NCBI GenBank assembly: GCA_028284285.1
Contig: JANQSA010000022.1
Span: 7,741 to 71,740 of the forward strand
Source: Croceivirga sp.
Lineage (GTDB): Bacteria; Bacteroidota; Bacteroidia; Flavobacteriales; Flavobacteriaceae
Direction of reading: 5' to 3'
Length of the DNA: 64,000 bases
The position numbers and the translations under genes are program-made. The notes under the pieces are model-generated. The model was not told where the DNA came from. It was given only the letters and a program-made list of their open reading frames with translations, and made no database searches. Below, in pieces: positions 19,185 through 28,166 of this stretch (position 1 is the first letter of the stretch; each line of letters starts with the position of its first letter).

Positions 19185-20927
19185 TTACACCGTAAAGCTG
19201 ACCCTGTTGTCTTCGGTTTCCGTATAGCCGGAAGCAGCAATAGTATCTACAAAGCGATAAGAGGCTGTGGCGGAACCTGTGGTAAATTCGACGAGCACAT
19301 AGCCCCGCTGACTCGCATCAAAATATTGCAATCCGTCTATCAGCAAGGTAAACGCCTGTTCAATACCGGCAATGGTGGCCGGATCTGAACCAAAAATACC
19401 TTCAAATCCCGGAGAGGTCACGGAAGGACAGGCAAACTCCTCTCCTATTTTGTTTCCATTGATGTCTGTAAGGATATTATGCCATGCGTTATGGGTATCT
19501 CCCGCCAAAACCACAGTATTCTTGCCATTTAAAATAGCATAGAGTTGCTCTCTTTCCGCAAAATAGCCATCCCAGGCATCCAGGTTATAGGGTACCTGAG
19601 CTGCAAGTCGAGCCGATTCTTCTTCGGTCAGGGAGGGATCCCCCGCCAAAGCTCTGGCTTTTAATGTGGAGAGATCTACAATTGCAGCCTGTAATGCTCC
19701 CAGTGTTTCGGGCGACGTATCCCCTGCGGCCACTTGCCCGATCAGGATCAACAACTCTGCGGGAACGGTCATAGTCCCCATCAACACCTGCTGTCCCAAT
19801 ACTTGCCATTGGGCGTTGCTCCCTCCTACGGCACCAGCAGTCCAGGCTAGTTGTTCCGGCCCCATCAATGCCCTGTTGGGATCTCCCAGGGCAGCTGCAA
19901 ATCCGTTAAAATCAAAAGCGCCATCATCGCCAAAGAAATCCGTAAAACTCAACTGTCTGTCCCTACCCACAATTCGGGTATCTAACATCACCAGGTTCAC
20001 AAGGTTGCCGTATTCAAAATTACGATAGATGATCCCTTCGGTATCCGTACGGACCGGAAGATATTCCCCATGAACCTTAATAGCACGCTGCAAACGCTCC
20101 TGATAATCCCCTTCGGAAGGATCGTGATTTTCGGCTCCCTCCCTGTAGGCATCATTGGTGATTTCATGATCGTCCCAGACCACAATAAAAGGTTTTTTCT
20201 GATGTGCCAGTTGTAAACCTTCATCGGTTCTATATTGCCTGTAACGCAGACGATAATCCTCAAGGGTTAAAATCTCAGTGACGGGATCGTGTTCCCTTCC
20301 CAGAGGAGAAGTGTTTTCGTTGGTACCGTAACCCCCTACTTCATATTCGTAAATGTAATCGCCCAGATGTAGAATAATATCCGCATCACTTTTGGCCATA
20401 GCATCGTACACATTGAATAACCCGGTTGGGTAATTACTGCAGGAACAAAAGGCTACTTTAAGGCTTGCTACAGCGGCACTTGACTCCGGAAGCGTTATGG
20501 TTTCCCCAACCATGGAATATGCTCCCAAATCCTTTTGCATAAAACGGTAATAGTAGTTACCGTTAGATGCCAATCCTGTAACATCCTGTACAATAGTAAA
20601 ATCGTTCTCAGCGGAGGCATACTGCATTCCTTCCTTCACTACATGATTAAAGTTAGCGTCTGTGGCTACCTGCCAGTCAATTTGAATAAATTCATTTACC
20701 TCATCCGCGGTAGGAGTAAATCTGGTCCAGATGATCACCGCCGCGGCAATAGGGTCAAAACTGCCTACGCCATGCAAAAATCTTGGGATACCGTCCCCAT
20801 CATCGCCATCCCCCAGAAAATCGTCCAGCTTGTTGCAAGCCGCCAATTGCGAGGTAAGTATGACCCCTCCGGAGGCCAGGATTGATTTTGCCAAAAAGGC
20901 CCTTCTTGTGTGTATTTTTCGTTCCAT
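19185..20927 (-). CDS. phoD: Alkaline phosphatase D family protein, Tat-exported
   Basis: Twin-arginine signal HTRRAFLAKS. LHLGDYIYEY and VVWDDHEITND metallophosphatase motifs of PhoD. Confidence 0.9.
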   Translation of the reverse strand: MERKIHTRRAFLAKSILASGGVILTSQLAACNKLDDFLGDGDDGDGIPRFLHGVGSFDPIAAAVIIWTRFTPTADEVNEFIQIDWQVATDANFNHVVKEGMQYASAENDFTIVQDVTGLASNGNYYYRFMQKDLGAYSMVGETITLPESSAAVASLKVAFCSCSNYPTGLFNVYDAMAKSDADIILHLGDYIYEYEVGGYGTNENTSPLGREHDPVTEILTLEDYRLRYRQYRTDEGLQLAHQKKPFIVVWDDHEITNDAYREGAENHDPSEGDYQERLQRAIKVHGEYLPVRTDTEGIIYRNFEYGNLVNLVMLDTRIVGRDRQLSFTDFFGDDGAFDFNGFAAALGDPNRALMGPEQLAWTAGAVGGSNAQWQVLGQQVLMGTMTVPAELLILIGQVAAGDTSPETLGALQAAIVDLSTLKARALAGDPSLTEEESARLAAQVPYNLDAWDGYFAEREQLYAILNGKNTVVLAGDTHNAWHNILTDINGNKIGEEFACPSVTSPGFEGIFGSDPATIAGIEQAFTLLIDGLQYFDASQRGYVLVEFTTGSATASYRFVDTIAASGYTETEDNRVSFTV

Positions 20928-21127
20928 TTTTAAATGTTCTCAGGTTTAGCATTAAAGCTACCAAACCCAGGTACCGTTTGGGTTAGGGGAACATTACGGG
21001 AAAATTAAGGTTAAGAGGGTCTGTGTTCGTTTTATGTTAAGTTGTCCTACACGTTTTACGAGTGGCGTAACCTATGGGTAATTTTCTTTGTATTGGTATT
21101 TATCGTTTGTTTTACCATTATTTTAAA

Positions 21128-21261
21128 ATATCGTTTATTTTGACGATATTTTGTAGTATCTCTTAAAAAGCCGATATCTCACATTATCTATTTTTTTATA
21201 GATATTTTTACGTATCTACTTTTTTGCAGATATTTTTTGCATATCTACTTTTTTACAGATA
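21128..21261 (+). promoter_or_regulatory. Array of palindromic operator-like repeats upstream of the SatD-like gene
   Basis: ATATCG-N10-CGATAT (21128-21149); TATCTA-N8-TAGATA (21185-21204); TATCTAC-T6-GCAGATA (21213-21232); TATCTAC-T6-ACAGATA (21242-21261). The last three sit at 28-29 bp spacing, and the array ends 30 nt before the ATG at 21292. Confidence 0.5.
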
Positions 21262-21291
21262 CTTTTACACCTACAATTGAATACAATCCTC

Positions 21292-21891
21292 ATGATTGCC
21301 GTACTCACAGGTGATGTAAAAAACTCCAGAGCCGATACCTCTTTAACATGGCTTAAGCTGTTAAAAGAAGGGTTAAATCGATATGGAAAAGAACCAAAAG
21401 AATGGGAAATCTACAGAGGAGATAGCTTTCAACTGGAAGTTTCACCAGGAGAAGCGCTAGAAGCATCAATATATTTAAAGGCGAATCTTAAACAGATAAA
21501 AAACATAGATGTGCGCATAGCCATAGGATTGGGTCAAAAACACCATGATGCAGCTAAAATCACTGAATCCAACGGCACAGCGTTTACCAACTCTGGTAAG
21601 TGTTTTGAGCAACTCAAGAAGAAAACACTTGCTATTCAATCATTGGATACCGCTTTTGATACGCAACTAAATTTATTGATCGAATTGGCTTCATTAACCA
21701 TGAATAACTGGACCCCTACCATCGCTAAAACTATAAAAACAGCCCTGGAAAACCCAGGTCTCACCCAGGTAGCCTTAGCTAAAGAATTAGAGAAATCTCA
21801 AGGAAATATCAGTGAGGAGCTAAGTAGATCGGGTTACGATGGGATCAAACAACTCCTGGAGTATTACCAAAATCAAGTAACACTACTATGA
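21292..21891 (+). CDS. SatD-family-like protein (N-terminal cyclase-like GD motifs, C-terminal HTH)
   Basis: MIAVLTGDVKNSR...IYRGDSFQLEV at the N-terminus. HTH-like LTQVALAKELEKSQGNISEEL near the C-terminus. Assigned to SatD from memory of that family's N-terminal IGDxxxSR pattern. Confidence 0.55.
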   Translation: MIAVLTGDVKNSRADTSLTWLKLLKEGLNRYGKEPKEWEIYRGDSFQLEVSPGEALEASIYLKANLKQIKNIDVRIAIGLGQKHHDAAKITESNGTAFTNSGKCFEQLKKKTLAIQSLDTAFDTQLNLLIELASLTMNNWTPTIAKTIKTALENPGLTQVALAKELEKSQGNISEELSRSGYDGIKQLLEYYQNQVTLL

Positions 21892-22610
21892 GCCTTATCG
21901 CCCTTAAATTGATCCTTGCCCATTTTCTAGGGGATTTTGCCTTACAACCTTCCCACTGGGTCGCGCATAAACGCACTAACAGATTTCGCTCCAAATACCT
22001 CTACTGGCATATGGGGGTTCATCTGGTACTACTGTTGCTCCTTCTGCAACTGCAGCACTTATGGGCCGTTGCGGTAATTCTTGTTTCCCACTATCTGATC
22101 GATCTGGGGAAACTGCTTTTGCGCAATGATCGGAATCACCGATGGCTCTTTGTTATTGATCAGCTCCTGCATTTGGGGGTTATCGCCCTTGTGGTTTATT
22201 TCATCACACCTTATCCATTGAATCTGGGATTCCTGAACTCCAAAACTACCCTGCTCCTGGCCACCTGTATCGTTTTTGTCACCTTCGTAGCAGCAATTCT
22301 GATGAAACTGTTTTTAACTCCCTATATCAAAGAAATTACGGAAGATGACAAGGACGAAGGTTCCGCCTTAAAAGATGCCGGCAAGTATATTGGTATGCTG
22401 GAGCGTTTGTTTGTCTTTGGCTTCATACTAGGCAATCAATGGGCGGCCATCGGCCTGCTAATTGCAGCAAAATCCGTATTCCGATTTGGCGACCTTAACA
22501 AGGGAAAAAACCGTAAACTCACCGAATATGTGCTTATTGGCACCCTCCTCAGTTTTGGCCTGGCCATTTTGACGGGATTAGGCTATAACACCCTGTTAAG
22601 GATTTTATAA
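21888..22610 (+). CDS. DUF3307-like integral membrane protein
   Basis: ATGA start/stop overlap with the upstream gene. HxxxDFxxQ motif (AHFLGDFALQ), a second HYLID motif, and about 6 TM segments. Confidence 0.65.
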   Translation: MSLIALKLILAHFLGDFALQPSHWVAHKRTNRFRSKYLYWHMGVHLVLLLLLLQLQHLWAVAVILVSHYLIDLGKLLLRNDRNHRWLFVIDQLLHLGVIALVVYFITPYPLNLGFLNSKTTLLLATCIVFVTFVAAILMKLFLTPYIKEITEDDKDEGSALKDAGKYIGMLERLFVFGFILGNQWAAIGLLIAAKSVFRFGDLNKGKNRKLTEYVLIGTLLSFGLAILTGLGYNTLLRIL

Positions 22611-22720
22611 ATCCTGTCATTGAACGATAAAACACCCCATTTCATCCGAATGCAGCGCTTTGTACGGTTCTGAGCGCGTAGATAATACAACGTTCATTAT
22701 AAATTTTAAATCTTAATTCG

Positions 22721-23539
22721 ATGAAAGCAAAACAGATGTCATCCATCCTTACCTTACTAACCATCTGTTTGTTTGCAAATGCCCAGCAAAAACTCCATTG
22801 CGGTTATGATGACTGTGGTTTTGAGTCCGGGGAAGTGGTCTATCTTTTTGGGGATCAGGTGCAATTACGCGAAGGTCCTACCACTACGTCCAAAGTGCTG
22901 AAAACCCTGAAGATCGGTACACAATTAGTCATTTTGGGTAAACATGAAAATTCCTGGCGCTACAAAGGAAGGGACTCTCATTTTTACAAAGTGGGCTATA
23001 AAGGCATGGAAGGCTATGTATTGGGAGGTTTGATCGCCATAGAACGAAAGGTGGTTCGTAAAGCAACCCACCTGTTCGGTCAGGCAAAAACCGGAGACGA
23101 GCACTATCTATTGATCCGCACCCTTGCTGAGGACAGTTCCTTTACAGAGAAAGCGACCCGATTAGGCAACACGCAATTTTATTTATCTCACCTGGGCACC
23201 AAAGGAGTACCCGAGGTTGAAGGGATATTGTGGGTCGACTATATATCCGAAGGTTGTGGAAGTGAAGGCGGTGGCATTTACTTCTTTCAACAGGAAGGTA
23301 CACTTCATCAGGTGGCACGACTTTCTCAGGTTTCAGATGCGGGGGTCTGTTATTTTTGGGAGGAATTTGTTTTTCCGGAAGATGACCATGGGGTAGCCGG
23401 CAAAATTCGTTACAAAAAAGAAATTGGCGAATATTATGATGAGGCCTCCCAATGGAAAAAAACAAGTGTGGAAACCAGAGAACTGGAATGGTCCGGGGAA
23501 AAGCTATTTCCGGATAGCACAGCCGTGGTTAACTATTAA
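22721..23539 (+). CDS. Secreted protein with bacterial SH3-like domain
   Basis: Signal peptide. GDQVQLREGPTTTSKVLKTLKIGTQLVILGK...GYVLG resembles SH3b (SH3_3). Confidence 0.55.
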   Translation: MKAKQMSSILTLLTICLFANAQQKLHCGYDDCGFESGEVVYLFGDQVQLREGPTTTSKVLKTLKIGTQLVILGKHENSWRYKGRDSHFYKVGYKGMEGYVLGGLIAIERKVVRKATHLFGQAKTGDEHYLLIRTLAEDSSFTEKATRLGNTQFYLSHLGTKGVPEVEGILWVDYISEGCGSEGGGIYFFQQEGTLHQVARLSQVSDAGVCYFWEEFVFPEDDHGVAGKIRYKKEIGEYYDEASQWKKTSVETRELEWSGEKLFPDSTAVVNY

Positions 23540-23548
23540 AAAAGGGGG

Positions 23549-24058
23549 CTACCGTTGTAGCCCTTTGCTTTTTTTGTTTTTGAACAACCAGTACAACAAT
23601 ACGATGAGGGAAACAATATACGATACCGTCATTAATAGCCCGGAAATCATAACCACATACTTCATCCATAAGAGCTCCTTCCAAAGGAAATAGATCCCTC
23701 CAAATGTCAGAAATACCGAAACCAAGGGTTCAAAAAGTAACACTTTCCTCAGTACTCCGCCCACAGGGGTAGTAGCCACTAGCAGCGCCAAAATAAAGAA
23801 TAACATGCCCATGGAGAGCATGTGCGCGTGAACGATGTTCAGAATTTGGCGTTCCTGCATTACAAATTTGAGCTCTGTAGCTTCCAGGTCTTCCTCATTC
23901 CCCAAATAGTTTTCCTGGATGCCCTTAGGTGTCCCTTCGGTGGTCACATTGACAAATTGCAAGGCCGATAAAAACCCAATACTGGTAATGATCAAATAGA
24001 TGAAAATCAGCCATTTGATTTCTCTGGATACTTTTAGAATCTGACCTTTTAGTTCCAT
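23549..24058 (-). CDS. Hypothetical 4-TM membrane protein (last gene of the FMN-binding operon)
   Basis: Start taken at the ATG at 24058 (MELKGQILKV...), 43 nt after the upstream stop. Four hydrophobic helices and a conserved-looking NIVHAHMLSMG. Confidence 0.6.
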   Translation of the reverse strand: MELKGQILKVSREIKWLIFIYLIITSIGFLSALQFVNVTTEGTPKGIQENYLGNEEDLEATELKFVMQERQILNIVHAHMLSMGMLFFILALLVATTPVGGVLRKVLLFEPLVSVFLTFGGIYFLWKELLWMKYVVMISGLLMTVSYIVSLIVLLYWLFKNKKSKGLQR

Positions 24059-24101
24059 CCTATTTATTTTGGGGCAAAGTAAATAAGATATATAAGAAGG
24101 G

Positions 24102-24458
24102 TTAAATATTCTCCAACAAATCGTTGAGTGAAAGTTGAAAAAGAGCACCCTCCACCAACTCTTTAATCGCCTTCAATTCTTTTAAACTCATAGCGAAGCT
24201 AACCCTGTTAAACGGGGTTTCCAGTAGCAACGCCCTGCATTCTTCGTCTTCACCACAATGTTCACAAAGCGGAGCACGTGCAATCGTATTTGAAATGGTT
24301 TTGGAAAACCGGGTCAATTCTTCAGTAGATAACAACAGTCCTGTATCCCGGAACACCAATTGTACTTTAAACATTTGCTTCGCTGAGCATCGCTTCCATT
24401 GAAAGGCCACTCCAAAAGCATTATGGTACAAAGGATTGATGTTGTGCCTATCATTCAT
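24102..24458 (-). CDS. Hypothetical cytoplasmic protein with Cys cluster (CEHCGEDEEC)
   Basis: 118-aa ORF whose ATG overlaps the stop of the upstream FMN-binding gene (ATGA, 24455-24458). Confidence 0.5.
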   Translation of the reverse strand: MNDRHNINPLYHNAFGVAFQWKRCSAKQMFKVQLVFRDTGLLLSTEELTRFSKTISNTIARAPLCEHCGEDEECRALLLETPFNRVSFAMSLKELKAIKELVEGALFQLSLNDLLENI

Positions 24459-24985
24459 TGTACTACTACACCTTCTTGGGTTAACAATGCCATACTCTCC
24501 AGGACTTCGTTAATGGCTTTCGTCATAGACTTAGCGGAAATGGTAGCGCCGGAAATCGCATCCACATCCTCCCCATACGCCAGGACATCCCCGGGTTGTT
24601 TTCCGATAAACTTTTTTAACCAACGTTGGCTCCCGATCTGTCGCCCATAGTCCTCTCGATAGATGAGCACCTTGGATTTTTTAACCGCCATATCCGGGGT
24701 AAAGAGTACCACGTAATCAAAAATGTCTTTCATGCTCGGTGCTTGTCCCAGATAGGCATAGCCTACTAATGCATCTTCCTTTAGAATGCGGAACAGGTTT
24801 TCGCCGCCCAACTCCACCGCAGTTTGTTGGTTGAGCGCAGGAGTTACTGCAATCGGCTTTAATTGAAACTCCTCCAATTCAAAGGTAGACTGCACCGCTG
24901 CATTCAACTTTTGCTGTAATCGAGGTGAAATTTTATCCTCACCGGAAAATCCAAAAAACAAAAAGGCCGCGCAAAGCACGGCCAT
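24455..24985 (-). CDS. FMN-binding domain protein (NqrC/RnfG-type FMN_bind)
   Basis: Start taken at the ATG at 24985 (MAVLCAAFLFFGF signal-anchor), 16 nt after the upstream stop. C-terminal DAISGATISAKSMTKAINE is the FMN_bind signature. Confidence 0.7.
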   Translation of the reverse strand: MAVLCAAFLFFGFSGEDKISPRLQQKLNAAVQSTFELEEFQLKPIAVTPALNQQTAVELGGENLFRILKEDALVGYAYLGQAPSMKDIFDYVVLFTPDMAVKKSKVLIYREDYGRQIGSQRWLKKFIGKQPGDVLAYGEDVDAISGATISAKSMTKAINEVLESMALLTQEGVVVQ

Positions 24986-25001
24986 TATTAGGATCCTATT
25001 C

Positions 25002-25925
25002 TTACTTTCCTTCAGCACGGCTTTCCATGTTTGGAGTGGCCACGAACTTATCAATGACCGCTTTAATTTGGGAAACATCCGCATTAGCTTTTTCCAGGGG
25101 GTAGAAATGCATAAACAATGGCTTTTCTTCAACTTTTTTCAGTAGCGTCAAATCCCCTTCGCGATTGTACACGTCGTCCCAGGCACCGCGTACAGTAGCC
25201 CAAAAGTCACCATGATCTTTCCACCAATCTGCTGCTATTTTACATTTTTCCTTTTCAACACGGCTGTAGGTATTCCATCCTTTTTCCTGAACTAACAACA
25301 CATCTTCCTGTTCGTCTTCCCGGATGACCTTATCATTATCCTGCTCATGTACCCAACCGTAGGAGGTGATTTCCTGACGATTACCGCGCAACATTACATT
25401 GTAATCACTTCGCTTGGTATATTCTCTTCGGGGTAGCGGAGAATCTGTTTTATTCTCCCAATAGGATTTTCCATCAAAGTGTACCCAGGTTGCGGAACCG
25501 GAATACCGTGGGCTATCGTCTACCTGGTAGACCTTTTGGGTCCACTGCCCTTTAACGGCATCTTTCGGTAGTGTTTTAAACACCCAATTGTTGTCTTTGT
25601 TGTAATAAAACACCTTGTCATTTTCATAGAGCCAATCCTGTCTCCAGTGTTTCACCACCATGGTATCATTAACTACCAGTACATGCTGAATGGAAATCTT
25701 ATCCTCTGTATCTACAATAGGAATAGCCAGTTCCAGTGCCGCCGCTGTATAGTCCAATTTCTTTTCGTAATCAATTTCCGGGGCAAAGGTCTCTGTGTAT
25801 TTAAAAGTAATATCATAACATCCGCACATATCCAGAATGGCTTTGCGATCCATTTCCTTCTTGGTTTGCGCATTCATTCCAACTGCCATTAGTATACCCA
25901 AACCGGCTAAGACAAATTTTTTCAT
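25002..25925 (-). CDS. Hypothetical secreted protein (first gene of the operon divergent from the TonB receptor)
   Basis: 307-aa ORF with signal peptide, Trp/Tyr-rich, no recognised motif. Confidence 0.6.
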   Translation of the reverse strand: MKKFVLAGLGILMAVGMNAQTKKEMDRKAILDMCGCYDITFKYTETFAPEIDYEKKLDYTAAALELAIPIVDTEDKISIQHVLVVNDTMVVKHWRQDWLYENDKVFYYNKDNNWVFKTLPKDAVKGQWTQKVYQVDDSPRYSGSATWVHFDGKSYWENKTDSPLPRREYTKRSDYNVMLRGNRQEITSYGWVHEQDNDKVIREDEQEDVLLVQEKGWNTYSRVEKEKCKIAADWWKDHGDFWATVRGAWDDVYNREGDLTLLKKVEEKPLFMHFYPLEKANADVSQIKAVIDKFVATPNMESRAEGK

Positions 25926-25999
25926 GATGTAGTGTTTTGTACTTGTGGTTAAAAAAGAAATATTTTCTTGTTCTTATTTAGATTGATTTAAAATAAATA

Positions 26000-26007
26000 T
26001 ATATTTG
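26000..26007 (+). promoter_or_regulatory. Candidate -7 box (TAnnTTTG) for the TonB-dependent receptor
   Basis: tatatttg lies 20 nt upstream of the ATG at 26027. Confidence 0.35.
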
Positions 26008-26026
26008 CCCTCAAATGTAGTCAGGA

Positions 26027-28147
26027 ATGAGTCTAAATAAAAATAATTGTCTAATTATTTTTTCACTTTTTCTATGGGTAGCCCTAAGCGCTCAGAAAAA
26101 GCGGGAAAAGGACTCCATCCTTACTGAAAACTTAGGGGAAGTTGTGGTCACCGCTACCCGGACCGTTAGACAACTCTCCTCCCTACCCTTACCGGTTACC
26201 CTTATCCCGCAAAAACAAATTACCAACTCCGGGGTAACACGTTTGAATGAGATCTTAAGTGAGCAAACCGGAATTGTAGTAACCCCTGATATCACCACGG
26301 GTGGTGGGGAAGGGGTACAGATCCAGGGAATTGCTTCAGATTACATTATGGTACTTATAGATGGTGTGCCTGTAGTAGGGAGGAGTTCGGGAAATCTGGA
26401 TCTGAGTCGACTTGCTATTGGTAACATCCAGCAGGTAGAGGTGGTCAAGGGACCTTCGTCCGCTCTTTTTGGATCCGAAGCGCTAGGTGGTGTGATCAAC
26501 ATTATCACAGAACGCCCAAAAACCGAAAAGATCAGTGGGCAAATCACCCACCGTGCGGCTTCCTTTAACAACCAAAATACCACGGTAAGTGTGAATCAGC
26601 GGAAGGGAAAATTGGGGTACTCCCTTTTTATTGATCGATTAAGCACCGATGGTTTTGACCTGGCAGATGGAGATGAAGGGCAAACCGTTAATCCCTTTTT
26701 TAACTACACCTTTAACGGGCGGATGTATTATGATCTCTCGGATAAATTACAACTGTTTGCTTCCGGGCGCTATTTCCTCCAGGATTTTGATATCCCCTCC
26801 GGAACCAGCGAGGAACGGGATGGTAATGCGCAATTACGCATAGATCATAAACTTTCCGACAAATCTCAGTTTGAATACGAGTTCTACTACACCAATTATG
26901 TGACTAACGAACAAACCGTAGACCCCATTGAGAATGAAATTCTTCTGGACAACGATTTTGACCAGCAACTTTTCCGGCCCGAGGTACGTTTCAACCATTC
27001 CTTTACCCCCAATAGTACTTTAACGATGGGAGGGGGGTATAACTTTGAAAGCCTGGACCGTTCCCTTTTTGCAGACCAGGTCACCTTTGATTCCCAGTAT
27101 GTGTTTGCGCAATATGACTTCAGACCTATAAAAAAGCTCAATATCATAGTGGGTGCGCGTTTTGACAACCACAGTGTATACAACTCCCAATTGAGCCCGA
27201 AAATCTCGGCCCGTTACAATATTACCGAGCACTTAGCCGTAAAAGGTTCCGTAGGCAGCGGCTTTAAAGCTCCGGATTTCAGACAATTATTCCTGGATTT
27301 TACTAATGCCGCCGGGGGTAACTATTCCGTTTTTGGGAAAGAGGTAGAGGTTCAGGGAATAGAACGGTTAATTGCTAATGATGAAATTATTACAGATTCG
27401 GAAGGTAATCAAATATTACCGGTCCCCCTTTCTGAATTGGGCGAACCCCTGAACGCGGAAAGCTCTGTAGGATATAATCTGGGTGTGGGATATGACAAGG
27501 GAAAATTTAGGGGCGATATCAATTTCTTTCGAAACGATTTTACCGATCTGATCGACACCCGAATTTTAGCCACCAAAAGAAATGGTGCCAACGTCTTTGG
27601 CTATATCAACCGGGAAAGTGTCTACACCCAGGGCATGGAGGTAGACTTGCGTTATAAGATCCTGGACCAACTCACTTTATCGGCAGGCTATCAATTATTG
27701 TATGCTTTTGACAAAGACGTAGAAGAAGAGTTGGCGGAAAACGGTGCGTTTGCCCGGGATCCGGAAACATTGGAAACCATACGAATAAGCGAAGACGATT
27801 ACTTTGGACTGGAAAACCGTTCCCGGCATATCATCAATGCTAAACTGTTTTATGAAATCCCGAAATGGGGAGCCAATGCCAATCTACGTGTGATCTATCG
27901 AAGTAGATTTGGACTCACCGATAGAAATGGTAATAGCTTTCTGGATGAATTTGACAATTCCTTTATTGAGGGCTTCACCTTGATCAATCTTTCTTTTGGA
28001 AAGACTTTTTTCAAACATTACCAGGTGCAGGTGGGCGCTAACAATCTGTTGGATTTTACCGGCACCAACCCTTTTTCCGCACCGGAGAATCAAATTGCGG
28101 TGAATCCCGGGATACAAATTTTTGGACGATTAAACTTTCATTTTTAA
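26027..28147 (+). CDS. TonB-dependent outer-membrane receptor (HmuR-like context)
   Basis: Signal peptide, plug domain (VVVTATRT...VEVVKGPSSALFGSEALGGVINIIT), long beta-barrel, C-terminal aromatic ...NFHF. Confidence 0.9.
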   Translation: MSLNKNNCLIIFSLFLWVALSAQKKREKDSILTENLGEVVVTATRTVRQLSSLPLPVTLIPQKQITNSGVTRLNEILSEQTGIVVTPDITTGGGEGVQIQGIASDYIMVLIDGVPVVGRSSGNLDLSRLAIGNIQQVEVVKGPSSALFGSEALGGVINIITERPKTEKISGQITHRAASFNNQNTTVSVNQRKGKLGYSLFIDRLSTDGFDLADGDEGQTVNPFFNYTFNGRMYYDLSDKLQLFASGRYFLQDFDIPSGTSEERDGNAQLRIDHKLSDKSQFEYEFYYTNYVTNEQTVDPIENEILLDNDFDQQLFRPEVRFNHSFTPNSTLTMGGGYNFESLDRSLFADQVTFDSQYVFAQYDFRPIKKLNIIVGARFDNHSVYNSQLSPKISARYNITEHLAVKGSVGSGFKAPDFRQLFLDFTNAAGGNYSVFGKEVEVQGIERLIANDEIITDSEGNQILPVPLSELGEPLNAESSVGYNLGVGYDKGKFRGDINFFRNDFTDLIDTRILATKRNGANVFGYINRESVYTQGMEVDLRYKILDQLTLSAGYQLLYAFDKDVEEELAENGAFARDPETLETIRISEDDYFGLENRSRHIINAKLFYEIPKWGANANLRVIYRSRFGLTDRNGNSFLDEFDNSFIEGFTLINLSFGKTFFKHYQVQVGANNLLDFTGTNPFSAPENQIAVNPGIQIFGRLNFHF

Positions 28148-28166
28148 ACCATAAACAAAGATTCCT

